NCBI GenBank assembly: GCA_902579105.1
Contig: CACHFM010000003.1
Location: 21,622-85,621, forward strand
DNA length: 64,000 bases
Reading direction: 5' to 3'
From: an uncultured Pelagibacteraceae bacterium
GTDB taxonomy: Bacteria; Pseudomonadota; Alphaproteobacteria; Pelagibacterales; Pelagibacteraceae
Part shown: positions 39,614 to 48,184 of the stretch, piece after piece
Layout: each line of letters opens with the position of its first letter
Numbering within the stretch: the first letter of the stretch is position 1
Notes under the pieces: generated by a model
The model's database searches: none
The model's input: the letters and a program-made list of their open reading frames with translations, nothing else
Told to the model about the DNA's origin: nothing
Program-made: the position numbers and the translations under genes

Positions 39614-40078
39614 TTATCTATAGGGATCATACGCCCATTGTAAAATTGCTTGTCTTTGTCTTTTTCTACATCCTAGATCACCCTTTTCACAATTTTTTTC
39701 TATTGCTAGCACATGTCTTCTAAAATTTTTCCATCTTTTAATTTGAATTTCATCAATATGAGAAATCCTTCTTCCATTAGAAAATCTACAATACCATTGA
39801 AACCAACCCAAAGGATCTTCTTTAAAAATCCAACCTTTTTCAATCCAATGCTCTCTTGATAAACCCGAAACAACTTTAAACCTATTTAAATTAACATCAA
39901 AAGTTTTACTTATTTTTGCTTTTACAAACCATGATTTAGGATATTCCTTTACATTTGATCCAAAATAAGAACCACCAAATACCCCCAATTCTAACATTCT
40001 CTTAGGAGTTAATTCAGGTTTGAATATTTTATAAAAATCATGATTAACAATTCTTTTTTTTAAAATTTTTTTCATCAA
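39614..40078 (-). CDS. Conserved hypothetical protein
   Basis: 154 aa ORF in good context with conserved-looking LGVFGGSYF, DPLGWFQWYCRF, QIKRW and RQAILQWAYD motifs. Confidence 0.75.
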   Translation of the reverse strand: MMKKILKKRIVNHDFYKIFKPELTPKRMLELGVFGGSYFGSNVKEYPKSWFVKAKISKTFDVNLNRFKVVSGLSREHWIEKGWIFKEDPLGWFQWYCRFSNGRRISHIDEIQIKRWKNFRRHVLAIEKNCEKGDLGCRKRQRQAILQWAYDPYR

Positions 40079-40089
40079 ATTTAATTTAT

Positions 40090-41217
40090 TTATTGATTTG
40101 TAAGTTTTTGATACATTTCTTTATCTGTATCTCCCTCACATCCAAATACCAAAACATTTGAATTGTTATTTAATTTTAACTTTTCTTTTATATTTTGATC
40201 TTCACAACTACTGATTAGGCTTATCACTCCAGGAGCTGAATTTTCACCTGCTATTATTTTTTCATCACTAAAACTTGAATTTCCAAGTAATCTCATAGTT
40301 TTTGCAATATCATCATCTGGTAAACTCACACAATGTTTTACTGAATTTTTCAAGATTTCCCATGGGACTAAAGATACTTCACCACAAGACATTCCACCCA
40401 TTAAACTCTCTCTTTTAATATCAATTTTTTCTATTTTTCCTGATTTAATACTTTCCATAACACAAGCAGCACTGTCTGGTTCAACAACTATAGTTATAGG
40501 AACATTTTTTAAATATCTTGCTATACCCGCAACCATAGCTCCAGCCATCCCTCCAACTCCAGCTTGTAATATTATATGTGTAATTTTTTCATTTTTTAAT
40601 TGATCAACAATTTCTTTCATCATTACTGTATATCCTGCCATCGTATATTTTGGGACTAGCATATAATCCTTCCAAGCAACATCTTGAACAATTTGCCAAT
40701 TATTTTCTGTAGATTGTTTAATACATTCCATTAATGATTTTTCGTAATTACCTTTTACTTTAACCACATCCGCTCCAAGATCTCTCATTGCTTTACCTCG
40801 AGCATCACTTACAAATTCACTAATAAAAATTTTACATTTCAAACCCAATCTTCTTGCGCCCCATGCTACAGACCTTCCATGATTACCAGCTGTAGCTGTT
40901 GCAACTATAATATCTTTATTTCCTTTGGTGACTTTTTCAACAGCATAAGCGCCACCAAGAGCTTTAAAAGATTTTAAATCAAATCTTTTATTTTCATCTT
41001 TATAATAAATTTTATTAAGGTTTAATTCTTTAGATAATTTATTTAATTCAATTAATGGAGTAGGAGCATATCCCTTCCAATTCGAAATGCTTAAATAAGC
41101 TTCATCAATTTCTTTTTCAGACAGAGATAGTAAGATTTTTTTTTTATCAAAAGAAAAATTTTTATTATCTATAAATTCAGAATATTTCCATTGATGACCG
41201 TTTGACAATATTGTCAT
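40090..41217 (-). CDS. dpaL: Diaminopropionate ammonia-lyase (PLP fold II)
   Basis: KDENKRFDLKSFKALGG, ATAGNHG, VQDVAW, QAGVGG, GMSCGE. Confidence 0.87.
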   Translation of the reverse strand: MTILSNGHQWKYSEFIDNKNFSFDKKKILLSLSEKEIDEAYLSISNWKGYAPTPLIELNKLSKELNLNKIYYKDENKRFDLKSFKALGGAYAVEKVTKGNKDIIVATATAGNHGRSVAWGARRLGLKCKIFISEFVSDARGKAMRDLGADVVKVKGNYEKSLMECIKQSTENNWQIVQDVAWKDYMLVPKYTMAGYTVMMKEIVDQLKNEKITHIILQAGVGGMAGAMVAGIARYLKNVPITIVVEPDSAACVMESIKSGKIEKIDIKRESLMGGMSCGEVSLVPWEILKNSVKHCVSLPDDDIAKTMRLLGNSSFSDEKIIAGENSAPGVISLISSCEDQNIKEKLKLNNNSNVLVFGCEGDTDKEMYQKLTNQ

Positions 41218-41220
41218 GAT

Positions 41221-42546
41221 TTAACAATCTAAAGTATTATCTTTTTCCCATTTTGAAACAGGTTTTGTTTTGTTAAAATTTTCTTTAGACTCAAATTCTT
41301 TAATTTCAGCACCTCTGAGTTTAATATAACTTTCAATCACATTTTTTCCAAAAGCATTGTTCATTTCTTTATTATTTTTAAGTTGGTCTAAGGATTGATT
41401 TAATTCATTAGGTAATTTTGGGAGATTAGGATATTTTTCATGATCAGTATACATATTACAATCTAGTGGTTTTCCAGGATTAATTTTATTCTTCAAACCA
41501 TATAAGCCGGCAGCTAAAACACTTGCTTGTAATAAATATGGATTAGCAGAACCATCCATTAATCTTAATTCAAATCTTCCTGGATCAGGAATTCTAATCA
41601 TGTGAGTTCTGTTATTTCCAGTATAAGAAATACTGCTTGGTGACCATGTTGCACCAGATTTTGTTGGCGGTGCATTTATTCTTCTATAACTATTAATGGT
41701 TGGATTAAAAAAAGCAGATAAAGAAGAAGCATTTTTAATAACTCCTCCTAAAAAATTATAAGCGATTTTACTTAAACCAAGTTTGTCAGATTTATCTAAA
41801 AATATATTTTTCTTTCCTTGCCACACAGAAATATGAGCATGACATCCGTTACCGGTTAAATTTTCAAATGGTTTTGGCATAAATGTTGCTCTTAAACCAT
41901 GTTTTTCAGCAATAGTCTTAACCATATATTTAAAAAAAGTATGCCTATCAGCAGTTTTCAAACAATCTGAGTAATCCCAATTCATTTCAAATTGACCGTT
42001 AGCATCTTCGTGGTCGTTCTGATATGGACCCCATCCCATTTCAATCATGCAATCACATATTTCTTTAATTAGATCATATCTTCTCATTAATGCTGATTGA
42101 TCATAACAAGGTTTAGATTGGGTATCTCTTGGATCTGCTATTGAATTACCATCTTGTGAAATTAAAAAATACTCACATTCTACACCAGATTTCATAGTTA
42201 ATCTTTGCTCTTTAAGTTTTTGAATTTGTTTTTTCAACATAATCCTTGGAGACGCTTCAACTGGTTTACCATTCATCCACAAATCTGATGCCAACCAACC
42301 AACTTCCTTATTCCATGGTAGTTGAATTAAACTATCAGGATCAGGAATACCGAACATATCTGAGTCTGCAGGCGTCATATCAAGCCAAGCAGCAAAACCT
42401 GCAAAACCTGCTCCCGTTACTTGCATTTCTTTAATTGCGTGAATAGGTACTAATTTGGATCTTAAAACACCAAATAAATCAACAAAACTGATTAAAAAGT
42501 ATTTTATTTTTTTTTGCTTTGCAATTTTGAATAAATTTTTAGACAT
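41221..42546 (-). CDS. gmaS: Gamma-glutamylmethylamide synthetase (GlnT/GS-III-like)
   Basis: SFVDLFG..RSKLVP, GAGFAGFA, CYDQSALMR, DHEDANGQFEMNW, SGATWSP; methylamine cluster context. Confidence 0.88.
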   Translation of the reverse strand: MSKNLFKIAKQKKIKYFLISFVDLFGVLRSKLVPIHAIKEMQVTGAGFAGFAAWLDMTPADSDMFGIPDPDSLIQLPWNKEVGWLASDLWMNGKPVEASPRIMLKKQIQKLKEQRLTMKSGVECEYFLISQDGNSIADPRDTQSKPCYDQSALMRRYDLIKEICDCMIEMGWGPYQNDHEDANGQFEMNWDYSDCLKTADRHTFFKYMVKTIAEKHGLRATFMPKPFENLTGNGCHAHISVWQGKKNIFLDKSDKLGLSKIAYNFLGGVIKNASSLSAFFNPTINSYRRINAPPTKSGATWSPSSISYTGNNRTHMIRIPDPGRFELRLMDGSANPYLLQASVLAAGLYGLKNKINPGKPLDCNMYTDHEKYPNLPKLPNELNQSLDQLKNNKEMNNAFGKNVIESYIKLRGAEIKEFESKENFNKTKPVSKWEKDNTLDC

Positions 42547-42563
42547 AAATTAAGTTAACACAA

Positions 42564-42716
42564 TTATTTAAAAAATGAAAAAATAGTTTCTTTATAATAA
42601 ATTAAATTTACAACTATTATTACTATTACTGCTAGGATTGCTCCATATTTTGCTTTAGGAAAAGCTACTCCTCTCATTTTACTAGGTCTAAGTTCTTCTT
42701 TATTATCTTCTGGCAT
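42564..42716 (-). CDS. Small single-TM membrane protein (50 aa), below ORF-track cutoff
   Basis: Manual translation MPEDNKEELRPSKMRGVAFPKAKYGAILAVIVIIVVNLIYYKETIFSFFK*; fills the gap between the terminator and gmaS. Confidence 0.6.
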   Translation of the reverse strand: MPEDNKEELRPSKMRGVAFPKAKYGAILAVIVIIVVNLIYYKETIFSFFK

Positions 42717-42732
42717 TTATTGAGATTTATTT

Positions 42733-42761
42733 AAAAGGGCGCCACAATATATGTAGCGCCC
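42733..42761 (-). terminator. Intrinsic terminator after the amt and 74-aa genes
   Basis: GGGCGC-cacaatatatgta-GCGCCC stem; AAAA on + gives a T4 tail on the - strand. Confidence 0.7.
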
Positions 42762-42777
42762 AAATTTTACTTTTTAA

Positions 42778-43002
42778 TTACCAATCGGTAATATTGTTTT
42801 TATGATCATTAGCACCATGTTTCTTTCTTGCTAGTCTTGAAAGTTCTTCACTTTCACTTCTTGCAGTTATAACATGCCACCCAATCCAGATAACTATACC
42901 TAAAATAACCAATAAAGTTTCACTAGATCCGGCTCCGGGATAAACTGCACCGACAACTTCATCAGCACTTAAATGATCTATCCAATTTGTTACTGTAGCC
43001 AT
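42778..43002 (-). CDS. Small membrane protein co-transcribed with Amt
   Basis: 74 aa, one TM (LLVILGIVIWIGWHVI), AGGAG RBS, 11 bp after amt stop. Confidence 0.8.
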   Translation of the reverse strand: MATVTNWIDHLSADEVVGAVYPGAGSSETLLVILGIVIWIGWHVITARSESEELSRLARKKHGANDHKNNITDW

Positions 43003-43013
43003 ATTTTACTCCT

Positions 43014-44417
43014 TTATTTGGTTGCAGCTGAAACTGCTTTTTCATCTTCCTTGGCAGTTTCCATTATCTCATAGTCTAATCCAGCTATTTCTACATCACG
43101 AGGGATTCTTAACTTGCCCATTCCGTTTAGTATTTTAGCCAAGATATAGCCTGGTATTAGTCCAAGAACTACGAACATAATAAATGCTCCTATTAATTGT
43201 CCTAACGGATTGATTGATGCATAAGTTGATCCGTCCCACATAGCTCCAACACTGTATCCAGATGAAGGATAGCCATTTAAAACAAATCCACAAATGATTA
43301 GACCAACAACACCAGCATAACCATGTACTGCAACCGCACCAACTGCATCATCAATTTTGAACTTACGTTCAACCCAGTAATGTAGTTTGTATGCAATCAC
43401 AACACCGATCATACCAATAACCATTGCTTGAATTGGATGATATAAATCATTTCCAGCTGAAGCACAGATGATACCTGCTAGTCCACTTGAATAAGTCCAG
43501 AATGGATCACCTTTAGCAATTACATATCCTGCCAATAATCCACCTGATAATGACATCAGGAAGTTCATTGTTATTCCACTAAGCGTAGTGGGGGTTACAT
43601 AAATGTTAGTAGCAGTCCAATATTCTTTTCCTAATCCGTAGTCATCAGGATTACCTACATCGTAAATTGGTATGTTACATGCTGCATAGAATCCCCAGAA
43701 ACCAGTATAAATTAAAAATAATCCAATAGTTACTAGCCATGGGTTTCTTGGCCCTATATTTCTTGGTTCACCACTTGATGTGAATTTTCCAATTCTTGGT
43801 CCTAAAACTATTAGAACACCTAAGGCAAATCCACCAGCAATTGCGTGAATTACACCTGACGCATAAGCATCATGATATCCTAGAAGTTTTAACATCCATC
43901 CATCGAAGTGCCATCCCCAAGCAGCATCAATTGTCCAGAAAACAGATCCAATTGCAATTGCTAAAATTCCAAATGCAAAAGTTGTAATTCTTTCAATAAT
44001 TGCTCCTGATACTATAGAAGCAGCTGTCCATGAGAATAGTAAGAAAGCAGCCCAAAATACACCACTTATGTGATCACCTAAATTGATCGCCATAAATTCA
44101 GTATTTGGAGCGTACCACTTAGCACTAAAAGTACTTTCATCGGTAATCAATGCAGCACTTTCATTCATTATTGATGGGGCTAAACCCGGTCCTGTAGGGA
44201 ATGCCCAGTAAATCCACCAACCAAAGAAAAACCAAGTTACTGTTACCAACGGTATCAGCATTGTATTTTTCATAAGAGTATGTTGGTGATGTTTGTATCG
44301 AGATGCTCCAACCTCATACATACAGAATCCGACGTGAATTAAAAACATCAGTACTACTGTTACCCAGTAGTAAAATTCCGTAAATATGGTTGTAAGAGCT
44401 CCTAACTGATCAGTCAT
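43014..44417 (-). CDS. amt: Ammonium transporter (Amt) family, probably a methylamine permease
   Basis: About 11 TM; IVSGAIIER, twin His (GVIHAIAG, AVHGYAG), DDAVG, LGPRIGKF. Confidence 0.9.
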   Translation of the reverse strand: MTDQLGALTTIFTEFYYWVTVVLMFLIHVGFCMYEVGASRYKHHQHTLMKNTMLIPLVTVTWFFFGWWIYWAFPTGPGLAPSIMNESAALITDESTFSAKWYAPNTEFMAINLGDHISGVFWAAFLLFSWTAASIVSGAIIERITTFAFGILAIAIGSVFWTIDAAWGWHFDGWMLKLLGYHDAYASGVIHAIAGGFALGVLIVLGPRIGKFTSSGEPRNIGPRNPWLVTIGLFLIYTGFWGFYAACNIPIYDVGNPDDYGLGKEYWTATNIYVTPTTLSGITMNFLMSLSGGLLAGYVIAKGDPFWTYSSGLAGIICASAGNDLYHPIQAMVIGMIGVVIAYKLHYWVERKFKIDDAVGAVAVHGYAGVVGLIICGFVLNGYPSSGYSVGAMWDGSTYASINPLGQLIGAFIMFVVLGLIPGYILAKILNGMGKLRIPRDVEIAGLDYEIMETAKEDEKAVSAATK

Positions 44418-44542
44418 ATACCTCTCTCCATATTAGTTTCTAAAACCCTATTAAATTTTTAAGGATGTGACAAATAAAAGAGTGTTTAAAAACCTAGTAT
44501 GGACAATATATTTTAAAAAATAATCAACTCTTGATTGAAGCT

Positions 44543-44947
44543 TTAAAATTTTAAGTAAGCTTTTTTTAAATCAACAAGAGGATGTTTTGGTGACATTTGA
44601 AACTTAACCAATAGCTCTCTTGCAATCATATCTCTATCCTGTTGATTGTTTGGTAATTTAATTGTTTTGGGAATTGTAACCCATCCATTTGCATTTCTGC
44701 AAAATACAGCAGGTCTATCATCTTCGTATCCCATATGAACATCTTCTAACCAATTTAAATCATCCCATCCCATAGCTTCTATATATTTTTTAAGAAACGG
44801 AGTTATTTTACTATAGTCTGGTAAAAGATTAACATCATATCGGTAACCAATTGATTGACCGATCATTTTTTCTCTAGCTGTCTCTTTCTTTTTACCTAAT
44901 TGGCCTTTAATCTGTTTTACTTTCTTTTTATTTTTTTTCTTTGCCAT
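44543..44947 (-). CDS. Hypothetical protein in mgs operon
   Basis: 134 aa, AGGT RBS, 9 bp after mgsC; no family recognised. Confidence 0.75.
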   Translation of the reverse strand: MAKKKNKKKVKQIKGQLGKKKETAREKMIGQSIGYRYDVNLLPDYSKITPFLKKYIEAMGWDDLNWLEDVHMGYEDDRPAVFCRNANGWVTIPKTIKLPNNQQDRDMIARELLVKFQMSPKHPLVDLKKAYLKF

Positions 44948-44956
44948 AGGTTACCT

Positions 44957-46369
44957 TTAAATTTTATGATAGTTATCTACTCCGACTGTATAATTTGTTC
45001 CAGCTAATGGAACTTTTGCTAACGCTGAAGCTTCAGATGTTAATGCAGCTAAATCTTCAGGTTCTAATGAGTGGATATTTGTTTTTCCACAAGCTCTAGC
45101 TAAAAGTTGAGCCTCTAATGTCATAGAATGCAAATAATTGTAAACTCTTAGAGCTGCATCATCTGGATTTAATCTTGCTCTCAATTTAGGATCTTGAGTA
45201 GCAACTCCTACTGGACATCTTCCAGTATGACAGTGATAACATTCACCAGCTTTTACACCCATCTCTTTTTCAAAATTTGCTTCTGGAATATCTTTGTTAC
45301 AATTTAATGCTATCATTGATCCAGTTCCAATAGCTATTGCGTCAGCTCCAAGAGCTAGAGCTTTAGCCATATCAGCGCCATCTCTCACTCCACCAGCATA
45401 AATTAATGTTACTTTTCCAGTTTTACCTACATCATCGATTGCTCTTCTTGCTTCTCTAATTGCAGCAATTCCAGGAATACCAGTATTTGCAGCAGCAATG
45501 TGAGGTCCAGCACCAGTAGATCCTTCCATTCCATCTAAATAGATAGAGTCAGGGTCACATTTTGCGGCCATTCGAACATCATCATAAACTTTTGAAGCTC
45601 CAAGTTTTAATTGAATTGGAACTTTATTTTTAGTTAGTTGTCTTAATTCTTCTACTTTAAGAGCAAGATCGTCTGGGCCTAGCCAGTCAGGGTGTCTTGC
45701 AGGTGATCTTTGATCAATTCCAGATGGCAATGATCTCATTTCAGCAACTTGGTCAGTCACTTTTTGACCCATTAAGTGTCCACCCATTCCAACTTTTTGA
45801 CCTTGTCCAATAAAAACTTCAATTCCATCTGCAAGTTGGGCATGATGCGGATTAAAACCATATCTTGATTGAATACATTGATAGTACCATTTTTCTGAAT
45901 ATCTTCTTTCGTCAGGTATCATTCCACCTTCTCCAGAACAAGTAGCGCTTCCAGCCATAGTGGCTCCTCTAGCTAAAGCTGTTTTTGCTTCGTAAGATAA
46001 TGCTCCAAAACTCATACCAGTTATGTAGACAGGTATATCTAACTCGATTGGGTTTTCACATCTTGGGCCAATTACAGTTTTTGTTTCACATTTTTCTCTG
46101 TAACCCTCGATTACAAATCTAGTAAGTGTTCCCGGCAAAAAAACTAAATCATCAAACGTAGGAATTTTTTTCATTAGTGCCATACCACGCATTCTATATC
46201 TTCCTAATTGAGATTTAATATGAATGTCGTCTATTACTTCTGGTGTAAAAATAGCATTGTACCCTAATAAACTTTTATTTCTTTTGCCCTCTTCATGAGC
46301 ATGAACATCTGCTTTTCCTCCGACACCTTTTCCATTTTTTTTAACTTTTTTAATTTTTTTCTTAGGCAT
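44957..46369 (-). CDS. mgsC: N-methylglutamate synthase FMN subunit (GlxD/MgsC)
   Basis: GMSFGALS, SGEGG, GQGQKVGMGG, SPARHPD, DGMEGSTG, GGVRDGAD, CYHCHTGRCPVGVATQD. Confidence 0.88.
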   Translation of the reverse strand: MPKKKIKKVKKNGKGVGGKADVHAHEEGKRNKSLLGYNAIFTPEVIDDIHIKSQLGRYRMRGMALMKKIPTFDDLVFLPGTLTRFVIEGYREKCETKTVIGPRCENPIELDIPVYITGMSFGALSYEAKTALARGATMAGSATCSGEGGMIPDERRYSEKWYYQCIQSRYGFNPHHAQLADGIEVFIGQGQKVGMGGHLMGQKVTDQVAEMRSLPSGIDQRSPARHPDWLGPDDLALKVEELRQLTKNKVPIQLKLGASKVYDDVRMAAKCDPDSIYLDGMEGSTGAGPHIAAANTGIPGIAAIREARRAIDDVGKTGKVTLIYAGGVRDGADMAKALALGADAIAIGTGSMIALNCNKDIPEANFEKEMGVKAGECYHCHTGRCPVGVATQDPKLRARLNPDDAALRVYNYLHSMTLEAQLLARACGKTNIHSLEPEDLAALTSEASALAKVPLAGTNYTVGVDNYHKI

Positions 46370-47223
46370 TAAATTGCTCCCTTCTTCTCTGTAGGTTCTA
46401 AATTATCATAATTCCAAAGTTTTTTACCTGCTACAATTTTTTTCATTTTACTTACATCAAAATTTTCACCAATTTCTGCAACTTTTAATTTTCTTTTTAA
46501 CCAATCTTGATCACCTGGTGTTAATTCCGCATCAACAGCATCACTACCATATGAGCCAATTTCTCCACCTATGAAAATTGTCCCATCGTACATAGAGTCT
46601 CCTAAATTTATTCCAACATCACCAAGAATAATTATTCTTCCTCTTTGCATCATAAATCCTGTAAATGCACCAGCATCGCCTCCGACAATAATAGTTCCAC
46701 CTTTCATATCAATACCAGTTCTCGCACCAACACTACCTTTACAAATTAAATCACCACCTCTAATAGCAGCCCCAAAACATGAACCTGCATTTTTTTCAAT
46801 AACAACTTTGCCAGCCATTAAATTTTCTGCACATGACCAGCCAACTCGTCCATTAATTCTTACAATAGGACCATCACACGAACCCATGCCAAAATATCCT
46901 AAACTTCCTTCGAAAATTAAATTTAATTTATTTAAAATACCTACTCCCAAACTATGTTTTCCTTGGGGGTTTTTAATAACAATTGTTCCATAACCTTGAC
47001 TCATTAAATTATCTATTTCTTTATTTGCTTCTGGTGCAGTCATGTTTTTTACATCAAGCTCTGTTCTTTTATTAAAGTCAACATCGTAAGTTCCAAAATA
47101 ATAAAAGTTTTCAGCTTCATCAGGATTAAAAAACTTCTGTTGAGTTCTTCCAGTTAAAACTTCAGTATGCATCCCCATTGATTGGGATTTAGATTTTTTC
47201 TCACTTGTTTTTAGATTTGCCAT
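46369..47223 (-). CDS. mgsB: N-methylglutamate synthase GXGXG subunit (GlxC/MgsB)
   Basis: Beta-helix GXGXG repeats (GSLGYFG, NAGSCFG, GARTG, GAFTGFMMQRG); start overlaps the mgsA stop. Confidence 0.87.
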   Translation of the reverse strand: MANLKTSEKKSKSQSMGMHTEVLTGRTQQKFFNPDEAENFYYFGTYDVDFNKRTELDVKNMTAPEANKEIDNLMSQGYGTIVIKNPQGKHSLGVGILNKLNLIFEGSLGYFGMGSCDGPIVRINGRVGWSCAENLMAGKVVIEKNAGSCFGAAIRGGDLICKGSVGARTGIDMKGGTIIVGGDAGAFTGFMMQRGRIIILGDVGINLGDSMYDGTIFIGGEIGSYGSDAVDAELTPGDQDWLKRKLKVAEIGENFDVSKMKKIVAGKKLWNYDNLEPTEKKGAI

Positions 47224-48155
47224 ACTTTTACCTCACCATCAAATGGATCATATGTATCAATTTCTTGAGGAAGAATTGATCTGATTGCTATTTCTTCTGA
47301 ACCCATTGCAACTAAATCATCTGACTCATAAAGAACCAAAGGTTTTGCTGCCATAGTATCTTTCGCCATTCCTAAAGAGTCTTTAGTTGCAACAAAATAT
47401 GTAAAAACTCCATCAAGACCAGCTAAGGACTCTTTCATTCCTTCTTCAAGTGTTGCTCCTTCCCTCATTTTTTGAGCTATATAAACTGCGATTAATTCTG
47501 AATCACATTCAGACATAAATCTCATACCTTTGTTTTCTAAAGCTCTTCTATTATTCCAATAGTTTGTTAGTTGTCCGTTGTGAACTACTGATACGTCACT
47601 AAAAGGATATCCCCAAAAAGGATGAGCAGATTTAATGTCAACTCCAGACTCAGTTGCCATTCTTGCATGACCAATAGCGTGTGTACCTACTAGTTTATCT
47701 AAATCATATTTATCACAAACCATTTTGGCATTACCTAGATCTTTGATTACTTCTAATGATTTACCCATAGAAAGAATTTCAACACCTGGAATACTTTCAA
47801 TTTTTTGTGAAAATTCTAAGAGGTCTTTTGTATCATAATCAATTTCATATCTTAATGAGTAGGGCAGAGTTCTTTCTTCTTTGACAATTTTTGCTCCCAT
47901 TTCAGCAAGATGTTGATCAACTATTTTTTTTCTTTCATCATAAACAGAAATATCTTCCATAACTGACGAACTTCCTTCGCCAACATTTTCTCCAACTTTA
48001 AAACGCATGATAAAATTTTTACCATCAGTATCGCCATACAAAGCATAGCCAGTTGAGTCTTCACCTCTATGTTTTAATGCTTGAAGCATACCTTGAAGTT
48101 CACTTCCAACGTTTGAAGATTTACCTCTATGAATTAATCCTGCAATTCCGCACAT
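47211..48155 (-). CDS. mgsA: N-methylglutamate synthase amidotransferase subunit (GlxB/MgsA)
   Basis: Ntn-hydrolase MCGIAG, HRGEDSTG, GHARMATES, VHNGQLTN, CDSE. Confidence 0.88.
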   Translation of the reverse strand: MCGIAGLIHRGKSSNVGSELQGMLQALKHRGEDSTGYALYGDTDGKNFIMRFKVGENVGEGSSSVMEDISVYDERKKIVDQHLAEMGAKIVKEERTLPYSLRYEIDYDTKDLLEFSQKIESIPGVEILSMGKSLEVIKDLGNAKMVCDKYDLDKLVGTHAIGHARMATESGVDIKSAHPFWGYPFSDVSVVHNGQLTNYWNNRRALENKGMRFMSECDSELIAVYIAQKMREGATLEEGMKESLAGLDGVFTYFVATKDSLGMAKDTMAAKPLVLYESDDLVAMGSEEIAIRSILPQEIDTYDPFDGEVKVWQI

Positions 48156-48184
48156 ATTTTCCTCTCTAATATTTTTTTAGTGAC

